Positions 47,391 through 59,689 of a stretch of 64,000 nt of DNA are shown piece by piece (within the stretch, counting starts at the first letter, position 1; the number at the start of each line of letters is the position of its first letter). The stretch lies in the NCBI RefSeq assembly GCF_035084215.1, contig NC_090336.1, positions 22,444,001 through 22,508,000 on the forward strand, read 5' to 3'. Origin of the DNA: Heptranchias perlo (Eukaryota). The translations under genes were made by a program, and so were the position numbers. The notes under the pieces are model-generated. The model was not told the origin of the DNA. It did not search any database and saw only the letters and a program-made list of their open reading frames with translations.

Positions 47391-49115
47391 AAGAACATAA
47401 GAAATAGGAGCAGGAGTAGGCCAATCGGCCCCTCGAGCCTGCTCCGCTATTCAATAAGATCATGGCTGATCTGATCCTAACCTCAAATCTAAAGAACACA
47501 AGAAGTAGGAGCAGGACCCGGCCACTCAGCCTCTGGGCCTGCTCCGCCACCCACAGGGCCTTGACCGATCCGAACTCAGCTTCATGTCCAATTTCCTGCC
47601 CGCTCCCCGTAACCCCTAATTCCCTTTACTTCTAGGAAACTGTCTATTTCTGTTTTAAATTTATTTAATGATGTAGCTTCCACAGCTTCCTGGGGCAGCA
47701 AATTCCACAGACCTACTACCCTCTGAGTGAAGAAGTTTCTCCTCATCTCAGTTTTGAAAGAGCAGCCCCTTATTCTAAGATTATGCCCCCTAGTTCTAGT
47801 TTCACCCATCCTTGGGAACATCCTTACCGCATCCACCCAATCTAGCCCCTTCACAATCTTATATGTTTCAGTAAGATCGCCTCTCATTCTTCTGAACTCC
47901 AATGAGTAGAGTCCCAATCTACTCAACCTCTCCTCATATGTCCACCCCCTCATCCCCGGGATTAACTGAGTGAACCTTCTTTGTACTGCCTCGAGAGCAA
48001 GTATGTCTTTTCTTAAGTATGGACACCAAAACTGTATGCAGTATTCCAGGTGCGGTCTCACCAATACCTTATATAACTGCAGCAATACCTCCCTGTTTTT
48101 ATATTCTATCCCCCTAGCAATAAAAGCCAACATTCCGTTGGCCTTCTTGATCACCTGCTGCACCTGCAAACTAACTTTTTGATTTTCTTGCACTTGGGCC
48201 CCCAGATCCCTTTGTACTGCAGTACTTTCCAGTTTCTCGCCATTAAGATAATAACTTGCTCTCCGATTTTTCCTGCCAAAGTGCATAACCTCACATTTTC
48301 CAATATTGTATTGCATCTGCCAAATCTCCGCCCACTCACCCAGCCTGTCTATATCCCCTTGTAGGTTTTTTATTTCCTCCTCACTCTCTACTTTCCCTCC
48401 CATTTTGTATCATCTGCAAACTTTGATATGTTACACTCAGTCCCCTCCTCCAAATCGTTAATATAGATTGTAAAGAGTTGGGGACCCAGCACTGACCCCT
48501 GCGGAACACCACTGGCTACTGGTTGCCAGTCCGAGAATGAACCATTTATCCCAACTCTCTGCTTCCTGTTAGATAACCAATCCTCCACCCATGCCAGAAT
48601 ATTACCCCCAATCCAGTGATTCTTTATCTTGAGCAATAATCTTTTATGTGGCACCTTGTCGAATGCCTTCTGGAAGTCTAAATACACTACGTCCACTGGT
48701 TCCCCTTTATCCACCCTGTACGTTATGTCCTCAAAGAACTCAAGCAAATTTGTCAGACATGACTTCCCCTTCATAAAGCCATGCTGACTTTGTCCTATTA
48801 AATTATGTTTATCTAAATGTTCCGTTACTGTCTCCTTAATAATAGACTCCAAAAATTTTACCCACCACAGATGTTAGGCTAACTGGTCTATAATTTCCAG
48901 CCTTCTGCCTACTACCCTTTTTAAATAAGGGTGCTACATTAGCAGTTTTCCAATCTGCCGGGACCTTTGCTGAGTCCAGAGAATTTTGGAAAATTATTAC
49001 CAAAGCATCCACAATCCCCACTGCCACTTCCCTCAAGACCCGAGGATGTAAGCCATCAGGTCCAGGGGATTTATCCGCCTTGAGTCCCATTATTTTACTG
49101 AGTACCAATTCCTTG
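47391..49115 (-). mobile_element. Young 5'-truncated CR1 (RT nearly intact, about 2 frameshifts) with a doubled 3' terminal module
   Basis: Overlapping ORFs 48836-49108, 48388-48852 and 47582-48403 cover [34 protein letters not shown] through the C-terminus. Confidence 0.92.
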
Positions 49116-50111
49116 CGTAGGCTGGCAGATGAAACTGGCTATTTAAGGGTGTGCTCTGATGTCTCAAAACCCCTTCAACAAAACTGTTACAAGAGTTAAT
49201 ATTAACGTTTTTTCAAAATTTGTTTTTAATCTTTGAGGATTTTCTTTTTGTGTATTTTGTATGTAAGTAGTGGATGCAGATGTCAGTAGAGAACTGGCAT
49301 GAAGGAGTTAATGAATTTTATAGGAGAATTGAATCAACACTCAGATAGCTGAAGCTCTCTGGATTAATAACTGATATTAATTCTGTTTTCTCAGATTCGT
49401 AATTCCTCCCAGCCTGTGATTGGTGATTCTGTCTGTACAAATATAAAAGTCGCTCCTTCAAAGAAAAACAACTAATTTCTGACTTGATTTATATTGAAGT
49501 TATTGTTTTCTTTTGAAGTGGTTACTGATGGCAAGATTTGGTCATCAAGTTACATTTTTAAAGAAATTATAAAACATTTTCCAGTATTAGGAGACCCTTT
49601 TCAAATATGTAAAATAGAAAGGCATTATTTTTTAAATGTTTACTGAATTAAGTAGACGTCTTCTACGATCCAATGTGTTATTGAGCTGTCGAGACCAGAA
49701 GGTTCTAGGTTTGATTCCTGGTCTGTGTTCTTGACGGATCTCAGCTAGGGTGATCACAGGAATGCTACAGTTGGCATCAGTGCTTCTGGGTCAGGGAAGG
49801 AAAAATAAGACAGGGTTCTTCATGATAGCTATTCATTGACCCTATTGGAAAGGCATGTGTGGACATCTGGAGAGGACAGGGCCAGACTTGGTCAAATAGC
49901 CTGCCGTGCTCACTGAACTTGTGAAGAATGGGCAGCTGAGTGAGGTGCTGGTTAGCACCGCAAGGAGAGGTGAAAATTAAGGGGCAGGGAAAAGCTTTCT
50001 TTCTCAAAATCCTTTCAATTATTCCTTGCACTGGTACCTAAATCCTTCTGCTACCAGCAGTAATATGTTTGCTGGTTCAGTGGCTTCAGGAATGGTTTGT
50101 ATGTTCATCGA

Positions 50112-52635
50112 GCCTACAGCACAGAAACAGGCCATTTGGCCCAACTGGTCTATGCCGACATTTATGCTCCACACGAGTCGCCTCCCTCGCTACTTCATCT
50201 GCCCCTATCAGCATACCCTTCTATTCTCCTTCGAGTGCTTATTTAGCTTCCAGCTTCCCCTTTAATGCATCTATGCTATTTGCCTCAACTACTCCTTGTG
50301 GTAGCGCGCACCACATTCTTACCACTCTTTGGGTAAAGTAGTTTCTCCTGAATTCCCTATTTGATTTATTAGTGACTATCTTATATTGATGACCTCTAGT
50401 TTTGGACTCCCCCACAAGTGGAAACATTTTCTCTACATCTACCCTACCAAATCCTTTCATTAAGCAAATATTACACCCTTGTTCAAAAAAGAGTGTAAGG
50501 ATAAATCCAGCAACTGCAGGCCAGTCAGTTTAACCTCAGTGGTGGGGAAACTTTTAGAAACGATAATCCGGGACAGAAGTAACATTCTCTTGGACGATTG
50601 ATTGATTGATTAGGAAAGCCAGCACGGTTTTTTTAAAGACAAATCGTGTTTAACTAACCTGAGTTTTTTGATGAGGTAATAGAGAGGGTAGATAAGGGCA
50701 TTGCAGTTGATGTGGTGTATATGGACTTTCAAAGGGCGTTTGATAAAGTGCCGCGTGGTGGGCTTATCATCAGGATTGTGGCCCATGGAACAAAGGGGGC
50801 AGTAGCAACATGGATACATAATTGGCTAAGTGACAGGAAACAGAGATTAGTGGTGAACAGTTGTTTTTCGGACTGGAGGGAGGTGTACAGTAGTGTTCCC
50901 CAGGGGTCGGTGCCGGGACCACTGCTTTTCTTGATATATATTAATGACTTGGACTTGTGTGTACAGGGCACAATTTCAAAATTTGCAGATGACACAAAAC
51001 TCGGAAGGGTAGTAATCAGTGAGGAGAATAGTGATCGACTTCAAGAGGATATGGACAGGCTGATGGCATGGGTGGACACGTGGCAGATGAAATTTAATGC
51101 AGAAAAATGCAAAGTGATACATTTCGGGAGGAAGAACAAGGAGAGGCAATATAAACTAGAGGGCACAATGCTAAAAGGGGTACAGGAACAGAGAGATCTG
51201 GGGGTAAATGTGCACAAATCGTTGAAGGTGGCAGGGCAGGTTGAGAAAGTGGTTTAAAAAAGCATACAGCATCCTGGGCTTTATCAATAGAGGCATAGAG
51301 TACAAAAGTATGGAGGTCATGATGAACCTTTATAAAACACTGGATCAGCCACAAGTGGAGTATTGTGTCCAGTTCTGGGCACCGCACTTTAGAAAAGATG
51401 TGAAGGCCTTTGAGAGGGTGCAAAAGAGATTTACTAGAATGATAAGGGGCTTCAGTTATGTGGATAGACTGGAGAAGCTGGGGTTGTTCTCCTTGGAACA
51501 GAGACGGTTGTGAGGAGATTTGATAGAGGTATTCAAAATCATGAAGGGACTAGACAGAATAGATAGAGAGAAACTGTTCCCATTGGCGGAAGGGTCAAGA
51601 ACCAGAGAGCATAGATTGCACAACCCAAGGAGGTGGTGGAGGCATATTCAATCATGGCCTTCAAAAGGTAACTGGATAAGTATTTGAAAGGAAAAATCTT
51701 GCAGGGGATAGGGTGGGGGAGTGGGACTAGCTGAATTGCTCTTGCATAGAGCCGGCGTGGACTCGATGGGCCGAAATGGCCTCCTTCCGTGCTGTAACCT
51801 TTCTATGATTCTCTTAAAGATGTCTGTCAGGTCACCCTTGGCCTTCTCCTAGAGAAGACAGCCCCAGCCTGTTTAGTCTTTCCTGATAAGTATATCCTCT
51901 CAGATCTGGCATCGTCCTTGTGAATATTTTTTGCACCTTCTCCAATCCCCCTATATCCTTGTTACAATATGGAGACCAGAACTGTGTACAGTACTCTTAA
52001 GTGTGGTTTAACCAAGGTTTTACACAAGTTTAACATAACTTCTCTGTTTTTCAATTCTATCCCTGCAGAAATGAACCCTAGTGCTTGGTTTACCATTTTT
52101 ATGGCCTTATTAACCTGCGTTATTGCTTTTAGTGATTTGTGTGTCTGTACTCTAAGATCCCTTTGCTCCTCTATCCCATTTAAACTCTTATTATCCAAGC
52201 AATATGTGGCCTCCTTGTTCTTCCCACCAAAATGCACCACCTCACACATCTATATTGAAATTAATTTGCCATTTACACACCCATTCTGCAAGTTTATTAA
52301 TGTCTTCTTGCATTTTAATGCACTCTTCCTTTGTATTAACTACACCCACCCCCGCCCCCCCCCAATTTCCTGTCGGCAGCAAATTTTGAAACACTATTTC
52401 CGATTCTCGAGTCTAAATCGTTGATGTAAACCGTGAACAACAGTGGTCCCAGCACTGATCCCTGTGGAACACCACTTCCTAACTTTTGCCAGTCTGAGTA
52501 GCTACCCTTAAACCCTACTCCCTGTTTTCTGTTTTGTAGCCAACTTACTATTAATTCTGCTACATGTCCCCTGACTCCACATGCTCTGACCTTAATCATG
52601 AGTCTACAATGTGGTACCTTATTGAAGGCCTTTTG
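50112..52635. mobile_element. Cluster of CR1 fragments: (-) 50112-50460, (+) 50465-51810, (-) about 51830-52635
   Basis: ORFs 50239-50460 (-), 50712-51257 and 51241-51513 (+), 51962-52249 and 52336-52749 (-) carry CR1 RT and C-terminal motifs. Confidence 0.85.
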
Positions 52636-53274
52636 AACAATAATTAAATGTAATTTATAATTTGCCTGTTGAGTTAGTGGAAATGAATTGATACTCAGTC
52701 TTGCTTTTATCATCTCCATGTATTTCATAAAGGACCCAGTCCAGAGCATGACCTTCTGCTCCCCAGGCTTCTCCCAGTCTCATTCTAACTCAGCTGTCAT
52801 ATGAGAATAGCCAGAGCAACTCATCTCTTTTTCCTCCCCCCACCCCCCACCCCTGCAACCAGCTGGCCACCACTCAGCATCTACTCACAATTGCATGACT
52901 AAAGTGGAGAATCAAAGGTTTAAAACCATATCATAATACATTGCTACTAACATCACTTGTGCTCTTGTGTAATAGCAGATTGTACTACTTCCACTTCACA
53001 TCTCCCCTGATTTTATTCCTTTCCTCTGCTGAAAGTTCTGACTCCTGCTTGGATAAGTTGCAAGGGCACTAAGCATCCTCCTGTACCTCATCATAGTAGC
53101 CTTGAGTCAATACAGTGAGTATTTCAAGCTATTCAACTACGGAGGGCATCATAGCTGAACATAAATCTGATCCTGTTTTTCCTGACATCTGCACGTGCAC
53201 TTTGTAACAACAGTCAGGAATGATTTGGCCTCAGCATTCCTCTCCTCTTAGCCTGGGAGTGCTGAGCCAAATCC

Positions 53275-56200
53275 ATAGAATCATAGAAATTTACAGCACA
53301 ATAGGAGGCCATGCGGCCCATCGTGTCTGTGCCAGCCTAATCCCACTTTCCAGCTCTTGGTCCGTAGCTTTGTAGGTTACGGCACTTCAAGTGCATATCC
53401 AATATTTTTTAAACGCGATGAGGGTTTCTGCCTCTACCACCCTTTCAGGGAGTGAGTTCCAAACCCCCACCACTCTCTCTGGGTGAAAAAATTTCTTCTC
53501 AATTCCCCTCTAATCCTTCTACCTATTCCTTTAAATCTATGCTCCCTGGTTATTGACCTCTGCTAAGGGAAATAGGTCCTTCCTATCCACTCTCGGCCCC
53601 TCATAATTTTGTACACCTCAATTAAATCTCCCCTCAACCTCCTCTATTCCAAAGAAAACAACCCCAGCCTATCCAAACTTTCCTCAGAGCTAAAATTCTC
53701 CAGTCCTGGCAACATCCTCGTAAATCTCCTCTGTACCCTCTCTAGCGCAATCACAACTTTCCTGTAATGTGGAGGCCAGAACTATACGCAGTACTCTAGC
53801 TGTGCCTGAACTGGTTTTATACAGTTCCAGCATAAGCTCCCTGCTCTTAGTCTATCTCTCAGCGAATAAAGGAAAGTATCCTGTATGCCGCCTTAACCAC
53901 CTTATCTACCTGTCCTGCTACCTTCAGGGATCTGTGGGCATGCACTCCAAGGTCCTTCTGTTCTCTACACTTCAGTATCCTCCCATTTACTGTGTATTCT
54001 CTTGTCTTGTTTGCCCTCCCCAAATGTATTACCTCACACTTCTCCAGATTGAATTCCATTTGCCACTTTTCTGTCCACCTGACCAGTCCATTGATATCTT
54101 CCTGCAGTCTACAGCTTTCTTCCTCACTATCCACCACATGACCAATTTTTGTATCATCTGCAAACTTCTTAATCGTGTCCCCTACATTTAAGTCTAAATC
54201 ATTGTATGTACCACAAAAAGTAAGGGACTTAGTACTGAGCCCTGCGGAACCCCACTGGAAACAGCCATCCAGTCACAAAAACACCCGTCGACCATTACTC
54301 TTTGCTTTCTGCCATTGAGCCAATTTTGGATCCAATTTGCCACTTTCCCTTGGATCCCATGGGCTTTTACTTTCCTGACCAGTCTGCCATATGGGACCTT
54401 GTCAAAAGCCTTTCTAGAATCCATGTAGACTTCATCAAATGCACTACCCTCATCGACCCTCCTTGTTACCTCCTCAAAAAATTCAATCAAGTTAGTCCGA
54501 CACAACCTTCCCTTAACAAAGCCATGCTGACTGTCCTTGATTAATGCGTGCCTTTCTAAATGACCGTTGATACTATCCCTCAGAATGTTTTCCAATAATT
54601 TGCCCACCACCAAGCTTTGGCTGACTGACCTGTAATTACTCGGTCTATCCCTTTCTCCCTTTTTGAACAACGGTACAACGTTAGCAGTCCTCCAACACCA
54701 CGCCTGTAGCCGGGGAGGATTGGAAAATGATGGTCAGAGCTTCCACAATTTCCTCCCTTGCTTCTCTTAACAGCCTGGGATACATTTCATCTGGGCCTGG
54801 CGATTTATCTACTTTCAAAGATGCTAAACCCCTTAATATTTCCCCTCTCATTGTTTATCCCATCCAATATTTCACACTCCTCCTCCTTAACTATGTGTAA
54901 TGTCTGCATCGTCCCCCTCTTTTGTGAAGACAGACGTAAAGTATTCGTTAAGAACCATACCCACATCTTCTGCCTCCACACACAGGTTACCTTTTTGGTC
55001 TCTAATAGGCCCTGCTCTTTCCTTAGTTATCCTCTCGCTCTTTATTTAGTTATAAAACATCTTTTGGGTTTTCCTTGATTTTACTTGAGTTTTTTCATGC
55101 CCTCTTTTTGCTTTCCTAATTTCCTTTTTAAATGTACACCTGCATTTTCTATACTCCTCTAGGCTTTCTGCAGTATTGAGCTCTCGGTATCTGACATAAG
55201 CTTCCCTTTTTTGCCTTATCCTACCTTGTATGCTCCTAGACATCTAGGGTGCTCCAGATTTGGGAGTCCCACCCTTTTTCTTTGTGGGAACATATTTGCT
55301 CTGAACCCTTGCTATCTCCTCCTTGAAAGTCTCCCATGCTTTGACACTGATTTACCTACAAGTCGCTGTTTCCAGTCCACTTTGGCTAAATCACATCTCA
55401 GCTTAGTAAAATTGGCCTTTTCCCCAATTGAAAACTTTTACTCTTGGTCTGTCTTTGTCCTTTTCCATAATGAGGCTAAATCTAACTGAATTATGATCAT
55501 TACCACCAAAATGCTCTCCCACTGATACTCCTTCCACCTGCACAGCTTCATTCCCTAAAACTAAGTCCAGAACTGCCCCCTCTCTTGATGGGCTTGCTAT
55601 GTAATGGCCAAAAAAGTTCTCCTGAATGCATTTTAAGAATTCCGCGCCCTCTATACCTTTTACACTGATTGTATCTCAGTTAATAATAGGGTAGTTGAAA
55701 TCCCTACTATTGCTGCCCTATTGTTTTTGCACTTTTCAGAAATTTGCCGACATATTTGCTCTTCAATCTCCCTCTGGCTGTTTGGGGGTCTATAGTACAC
55801 TCCCAGCAGTGTGATTGCCCCTTTTTTGTTCTTCAGTTGAACCCATATGGCCTCATTTGATGATCCTTCTAACATATCATCCCTCCTCGCAGCCTTAATT
55901 GTTTCTTTAATCAATATTGCGACCTCCCCCCTCCCCTTCCTTTTTTTTTAATCCCCCTCTCTATCACATCTAAAAACCCTGTAACCAGGAATGCTGAGCT
56001 GCCATTCCTGACCTCCTTTAAGCATGTTTCATTAATAGTTATGGTATCATACTTCCACGTGTCTATCTGTGCCCTCAGCTCATCTGCCTAATTCACTAGA
56101 CTCCTTGCATTGGAGTATATACCATTAAGTACTGCCAAAATCCTTTGTTATCTATTTTCTAGCCTTTGTTTCCTCTCCAAACTTGCTTACTAATTTTCTG

Positions 56201-56332
56201 CCTTCCATTTCCAGCTGTGCTTCTCTCCCTTCCGAATCTACGCTCTGGTTCCCATCCCGCTGCCAAGGTAGTTTAAACCCTCCCCAACAACACTAGCGAA
56301 CCTCCCCGTGACGATATTGGTCCTGGCCCTGT
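53275..56332 (-). mobile_element. Long decayed CR1 (ORF1 end, endonuclease, RT, 3' UTR)
   Basis: EAIWVQLKNKKGAITLLGVYYRPPN (endonuclease), [23 protein letters not shown] (RT); tail reads ATCCATAGAATCATAGAA on the plus strand. Confidence 0.88.
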
Positions 56333-56569
56333 TAAAATCCAGTGGCCTAACTTAGCTCGGATCAATTAACTTAGCGTGGACCAGGAACGGAACCTGGGAC
56401 TTTCTAGTATGTGAAGTTTTGTGTTACACATGTGATGCCTTAAGCCCCAGGCCATAAGGAAAACCTCTGATCTGTTTCTACAGATGCTTTGTGCCTGTTA
56501 CTGTAGAAAGTTTCAACTGTAATTCCATCAAGCACTAACCTGAAAGTGAGTTTTTTTTTCACCCTACAG

Positions 56570-56682
56570 CTGCTGTTTTATACTATTACTTCTACAAAAG
56601 AACTACCCTCTGCCTCGGAGACCCTCGATTATACGAGGACTCAGAATGGCTCCGAAAGGAATTCTTTCGTGTCCGAAAATAA
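56570..56682 (+). CDS. TMEM138: TMEM138 coding exon 4 (to stop); joined CDS 489 nt, 162 aa
   Basis: (A)[36 protein letters not shown]; ctacag| acceptor; all phases consistent. Confidence 0.95.
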
Positions 56683-57516
56683 GATGGTAGAGCGACAAGT
56701 GGAGTGATACACTACATTAAAAAATGGACTGTGCTACGCATGTACAGATTTTTATCCGAGTAAAAAGAGCATTTTTAACTTGGTGTATAAGAGTTTTCTA
56801 CCTACATTTGTGAAAAAGTATTCTCTGGGGACTGCTGTACACTAATATATGTTCGTATTTCTGAACTCAGAAGCAGTAAGAGGCGTGCATTCTTTACGCA
56901 TTTCACTGCTAAATCATGCAGTTGCCATTAATTATTTGCTTCTGTGTCAAATGGGTATTAATTTTGCTCGAATCTCATCAGCAAACACTTTTTTTGTCAG
57001 TTTTTTTCCCCTATTCGTACCTCCTTTCCTGAAGACACTTACTCTTGCTGAGGTACAGCTCCGTGGCACTGATAGTGGCCATTCTTCACGAGTGACCAAG
57101 ATTAGTGAGTGTCAGCATTATTTGACCTTGGAGGGCATCCTAGCAGGTGCTGTTCATGTCTTCACCCTTGAGAGGTGGCTTTTAAGGTATTACATTTACT
57201 CACCAGGCTAATTACAAATTACATCACTTGATGTCCACACATTTACTTTTCAGCAGTAGTTATGGAAATTAATCAAGATGGGAACGCAGATGGATTTTTT
57301 TTTTTGTTTTTTTCATTTCCTTACCCCAAGCACTGAGGCCAATTGTAGCTGGCTGTAATCCGTTAACTGAGCACGAACAGAGTTTAACCTGCAACTGGGC
57401 CTGTCTAACTCAGTGCTACTCTATTTTGTGATTAATATACTTAATCTAAAACTAAGATTGAGATGTTTGTCTTTTATTTAGTGTTTGGAATGTATTAATA
57501 TACAGTATTATAGATG

Positions 57517-57522
57517 AATAAA
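57517..57522 (+). terminator. Candidate TMEM138 polyadenylation signal (alternatives about 58240 and 58445)
   Basis: AATAAA followed by GT-rich sequence, about 0.8 kb after the stop. Confidence 0.45.
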
Positions 57523-59076
57523 AGCTGTTTGTGTTAATTCTAATGCTTCAACACAACGCAAGATTTCTGACTAAATGTCCATGCTTTTGCTTATCAGGAA
57601 CTGTGTGGTATTGCCTGACAGTAACGGGAGATTTCGTAGTCACTCCAGCCAAGCTTTTTTAAATACCTGACTTTGCACCATAGAATTATATTACGAGTAT
57701 ATACCTGCCATTTCTCCCACATGTTTTTTAGGTATTAACAGGGCCATTTTTAAAGAGGAGCTGGGGGGAAATTGCAGGAATTTTGCAAGATACCTTTCCC
57801 CGTAGGAAGAAGAGCAAATTGGAGAGGAGGTATTGCACACCTCTAAATTGTTGATTCAGAACTGGCATAATAAACTGCACCCTTGGAGCTGGTTGCCACC
57901 AACTGCCCTGCAAGAGAAGAGGAGGTACCAAGGATCCATGTACACAATATGGGAGACGGGAGGCCAAATTTCTGAACGAGCAGGGTGACCTTCAATTGTT
58001 TGAGTTTTTGCTCTATATTTTAATGGTTGTGTTTATGTATTAGCTTGATTTTTTTTTTAAAAAGTTTACTTTTTATATAAATCAAAATGAAAGTAATCTG
58101 ATACTTGGGTTTGCTCTGATGTACGATTCCAAATCTAACTTTGTTTTCATTTTACATTTGAAAAATGTATTGTGAAGAAACATTAATTCCTATGCTGATT
58201 TCATCATAATGAATACCTTGATTGCCATTCTTCTATTAAAATAAATGTTATGTGATCTGTTAGTGACTGTACTTTGAAAACTTTTATAATTTTTTTCTAG
58301 CAAATGTCTGTTAAATGATTGATTGTTTTTGTATTATATATTAAAAGAAAGTGGTCGAAGGATTTACTTGATTTTTTTTCACTAATTTCCTCGTAGTTCT
58401 AGCTTATCATTGCCTTGCTGTTCAGCTTCTTGTTTATCCAGTTCAATAAATGAGCGATTATTCTGTTAAATTGTTCGTATTATATCTGATTTCATCGGCA
58501 GAATTAGTTGTTACAGTTTGGGCTCTTTAAACATTGTTTCTCTTATCAATGTTTGTAAAAGAGCACACCTCTTCTCCCAACCCCCCCTCCCCCCCCCCCC
58601 CCCCCCCCCAAACCTACAAGTGGGCTACACTCAGATCTGAGAGTGTATACCGTGGGTTACTTAACCGAGGACTGTGGCCCGAGTTAGCAGTAACGCTGCA
58701 CACTGGAATCTGCAGTTCTCAGTTGGTGTCTTGTCTGGGAAGCGGAAAATATCAAACATTAGATCAACTTTGTTAAGGCTAAAACAATTGATTGAATTTA
58801 TTGGATGATTTATAGAAGGAAAGATATCAGACAAATGCTAAATGGCACAAGTGACAACAAAGCTGTGCTTAAGGTTCTTGAAATGGAACAGTTTCTAGCT
58901 GAACCTTTTGTTTCTTGGTAAACAGAATGCAGTCTTCAGATTGAGATGTTCTATGCGAGACACATGAACCCCAAATAGTCTTGGAGTTCAATGCACCAGC
59001 GTGTACTATAATTTCTTTGATGCAAAAACTTAGGAGGCAGTTTTGATAAGTTTACAAAGTACACCACATGAGAAAG

Positions 59077-59490
59077 CTGACCGGGAACAGAACTGCGACG
59101 AGAACCTTCCTGATGTGAAGGGCTCAGGACTGTACTGGGAAATTTAGTTAACCATCGCTCTTTGGACTAGAAAATGGGCAGAGCTCCACGATCCCCGATT
59201 CCTAAGTTGCAACGAAGGAGGAAACTTCAGAAATACAATGATTATTTTGGATAATGGATTATGGTGGTGGTCACCTTGCTCAAGAGCATTATTGCATAAG
59301 CCTTGAGATACCAGCCCAGGTCAACAGTGATTACCCCTGGTTAATCAATGTGAACCGAGCTCAGATCAGCACTGACCGGGACTCGAACCTTCCTGATGTG
59401 AAGGGCTCAGGACTGGACTGGGAAATGGATTTAACCATCGCCATTTGGACCAGAAAATGGGCAGAGCGCCACGATCCCCGATTCCGAAGC
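59077..59490. repeat. Imperfect direct duplication of an about 115-130-bp unit (about 59077-59207 and 59372-59489)
   Basis: Both copies read gaaccttcctgatgtgaagggctcaggactg.actgggaaat...ttaaccatcgc..tttggac.agaaaatgggcagagc.ccacgatccccgattcc.aag. Confidence 0.85.
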
Positions 59491-59589
59491 CGGGTCCGAC
59501 TCCGCTAAGTATGGTTTTAAAAATGTGACCTGTGTCGATGGGAGGCCGCTGTGAAACAGCCCGGCGTCTTCAAACAGGCGAAAAATCCA

Positions 59590-59668
59590 TCGCTCGAGCA
59601 CCCGGCCCGGGGCCCGTCACCAGGAAGTGACGGAGAGACGCTGGAAACCGTTGTTGTGGTGACGCAAA
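59590..59668 (+). promoter_or_regulatory. CpG-island promoter of the next gene (probably TMEM216)
   Basis: CCGTCAC-CAGGAA-GTGACGG inverted repeat containing ETS GGAAGT and CRE half sites (59614-59633); X-box-like GTTGTTGTGGTGAC 59650-59663; YY1-like AAAATGGCG overlapping the ATG. Confidence 0.65.
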
Positions 59669-59678
59669 ATGGCGAGAG
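59669..59678 (+). CDS. TMEM216: Probable TMEM216 first coding exon (M-A-R-G|)
   Basis: aaaATGGCGAGAG|GTGAGT: good Kozak, consensus donor, in-frame upstream TGA. Parallels mammalian TMEM216 ...MAPR-G phase-1 exon end, and the head-to-tail position after TMEM138 fits known synteny. Only 3 codons are visible, so identity rests mainly on synteny. Confidence 0.55.
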
Positions 59679-59689
59679 GTGAGTGAGGG

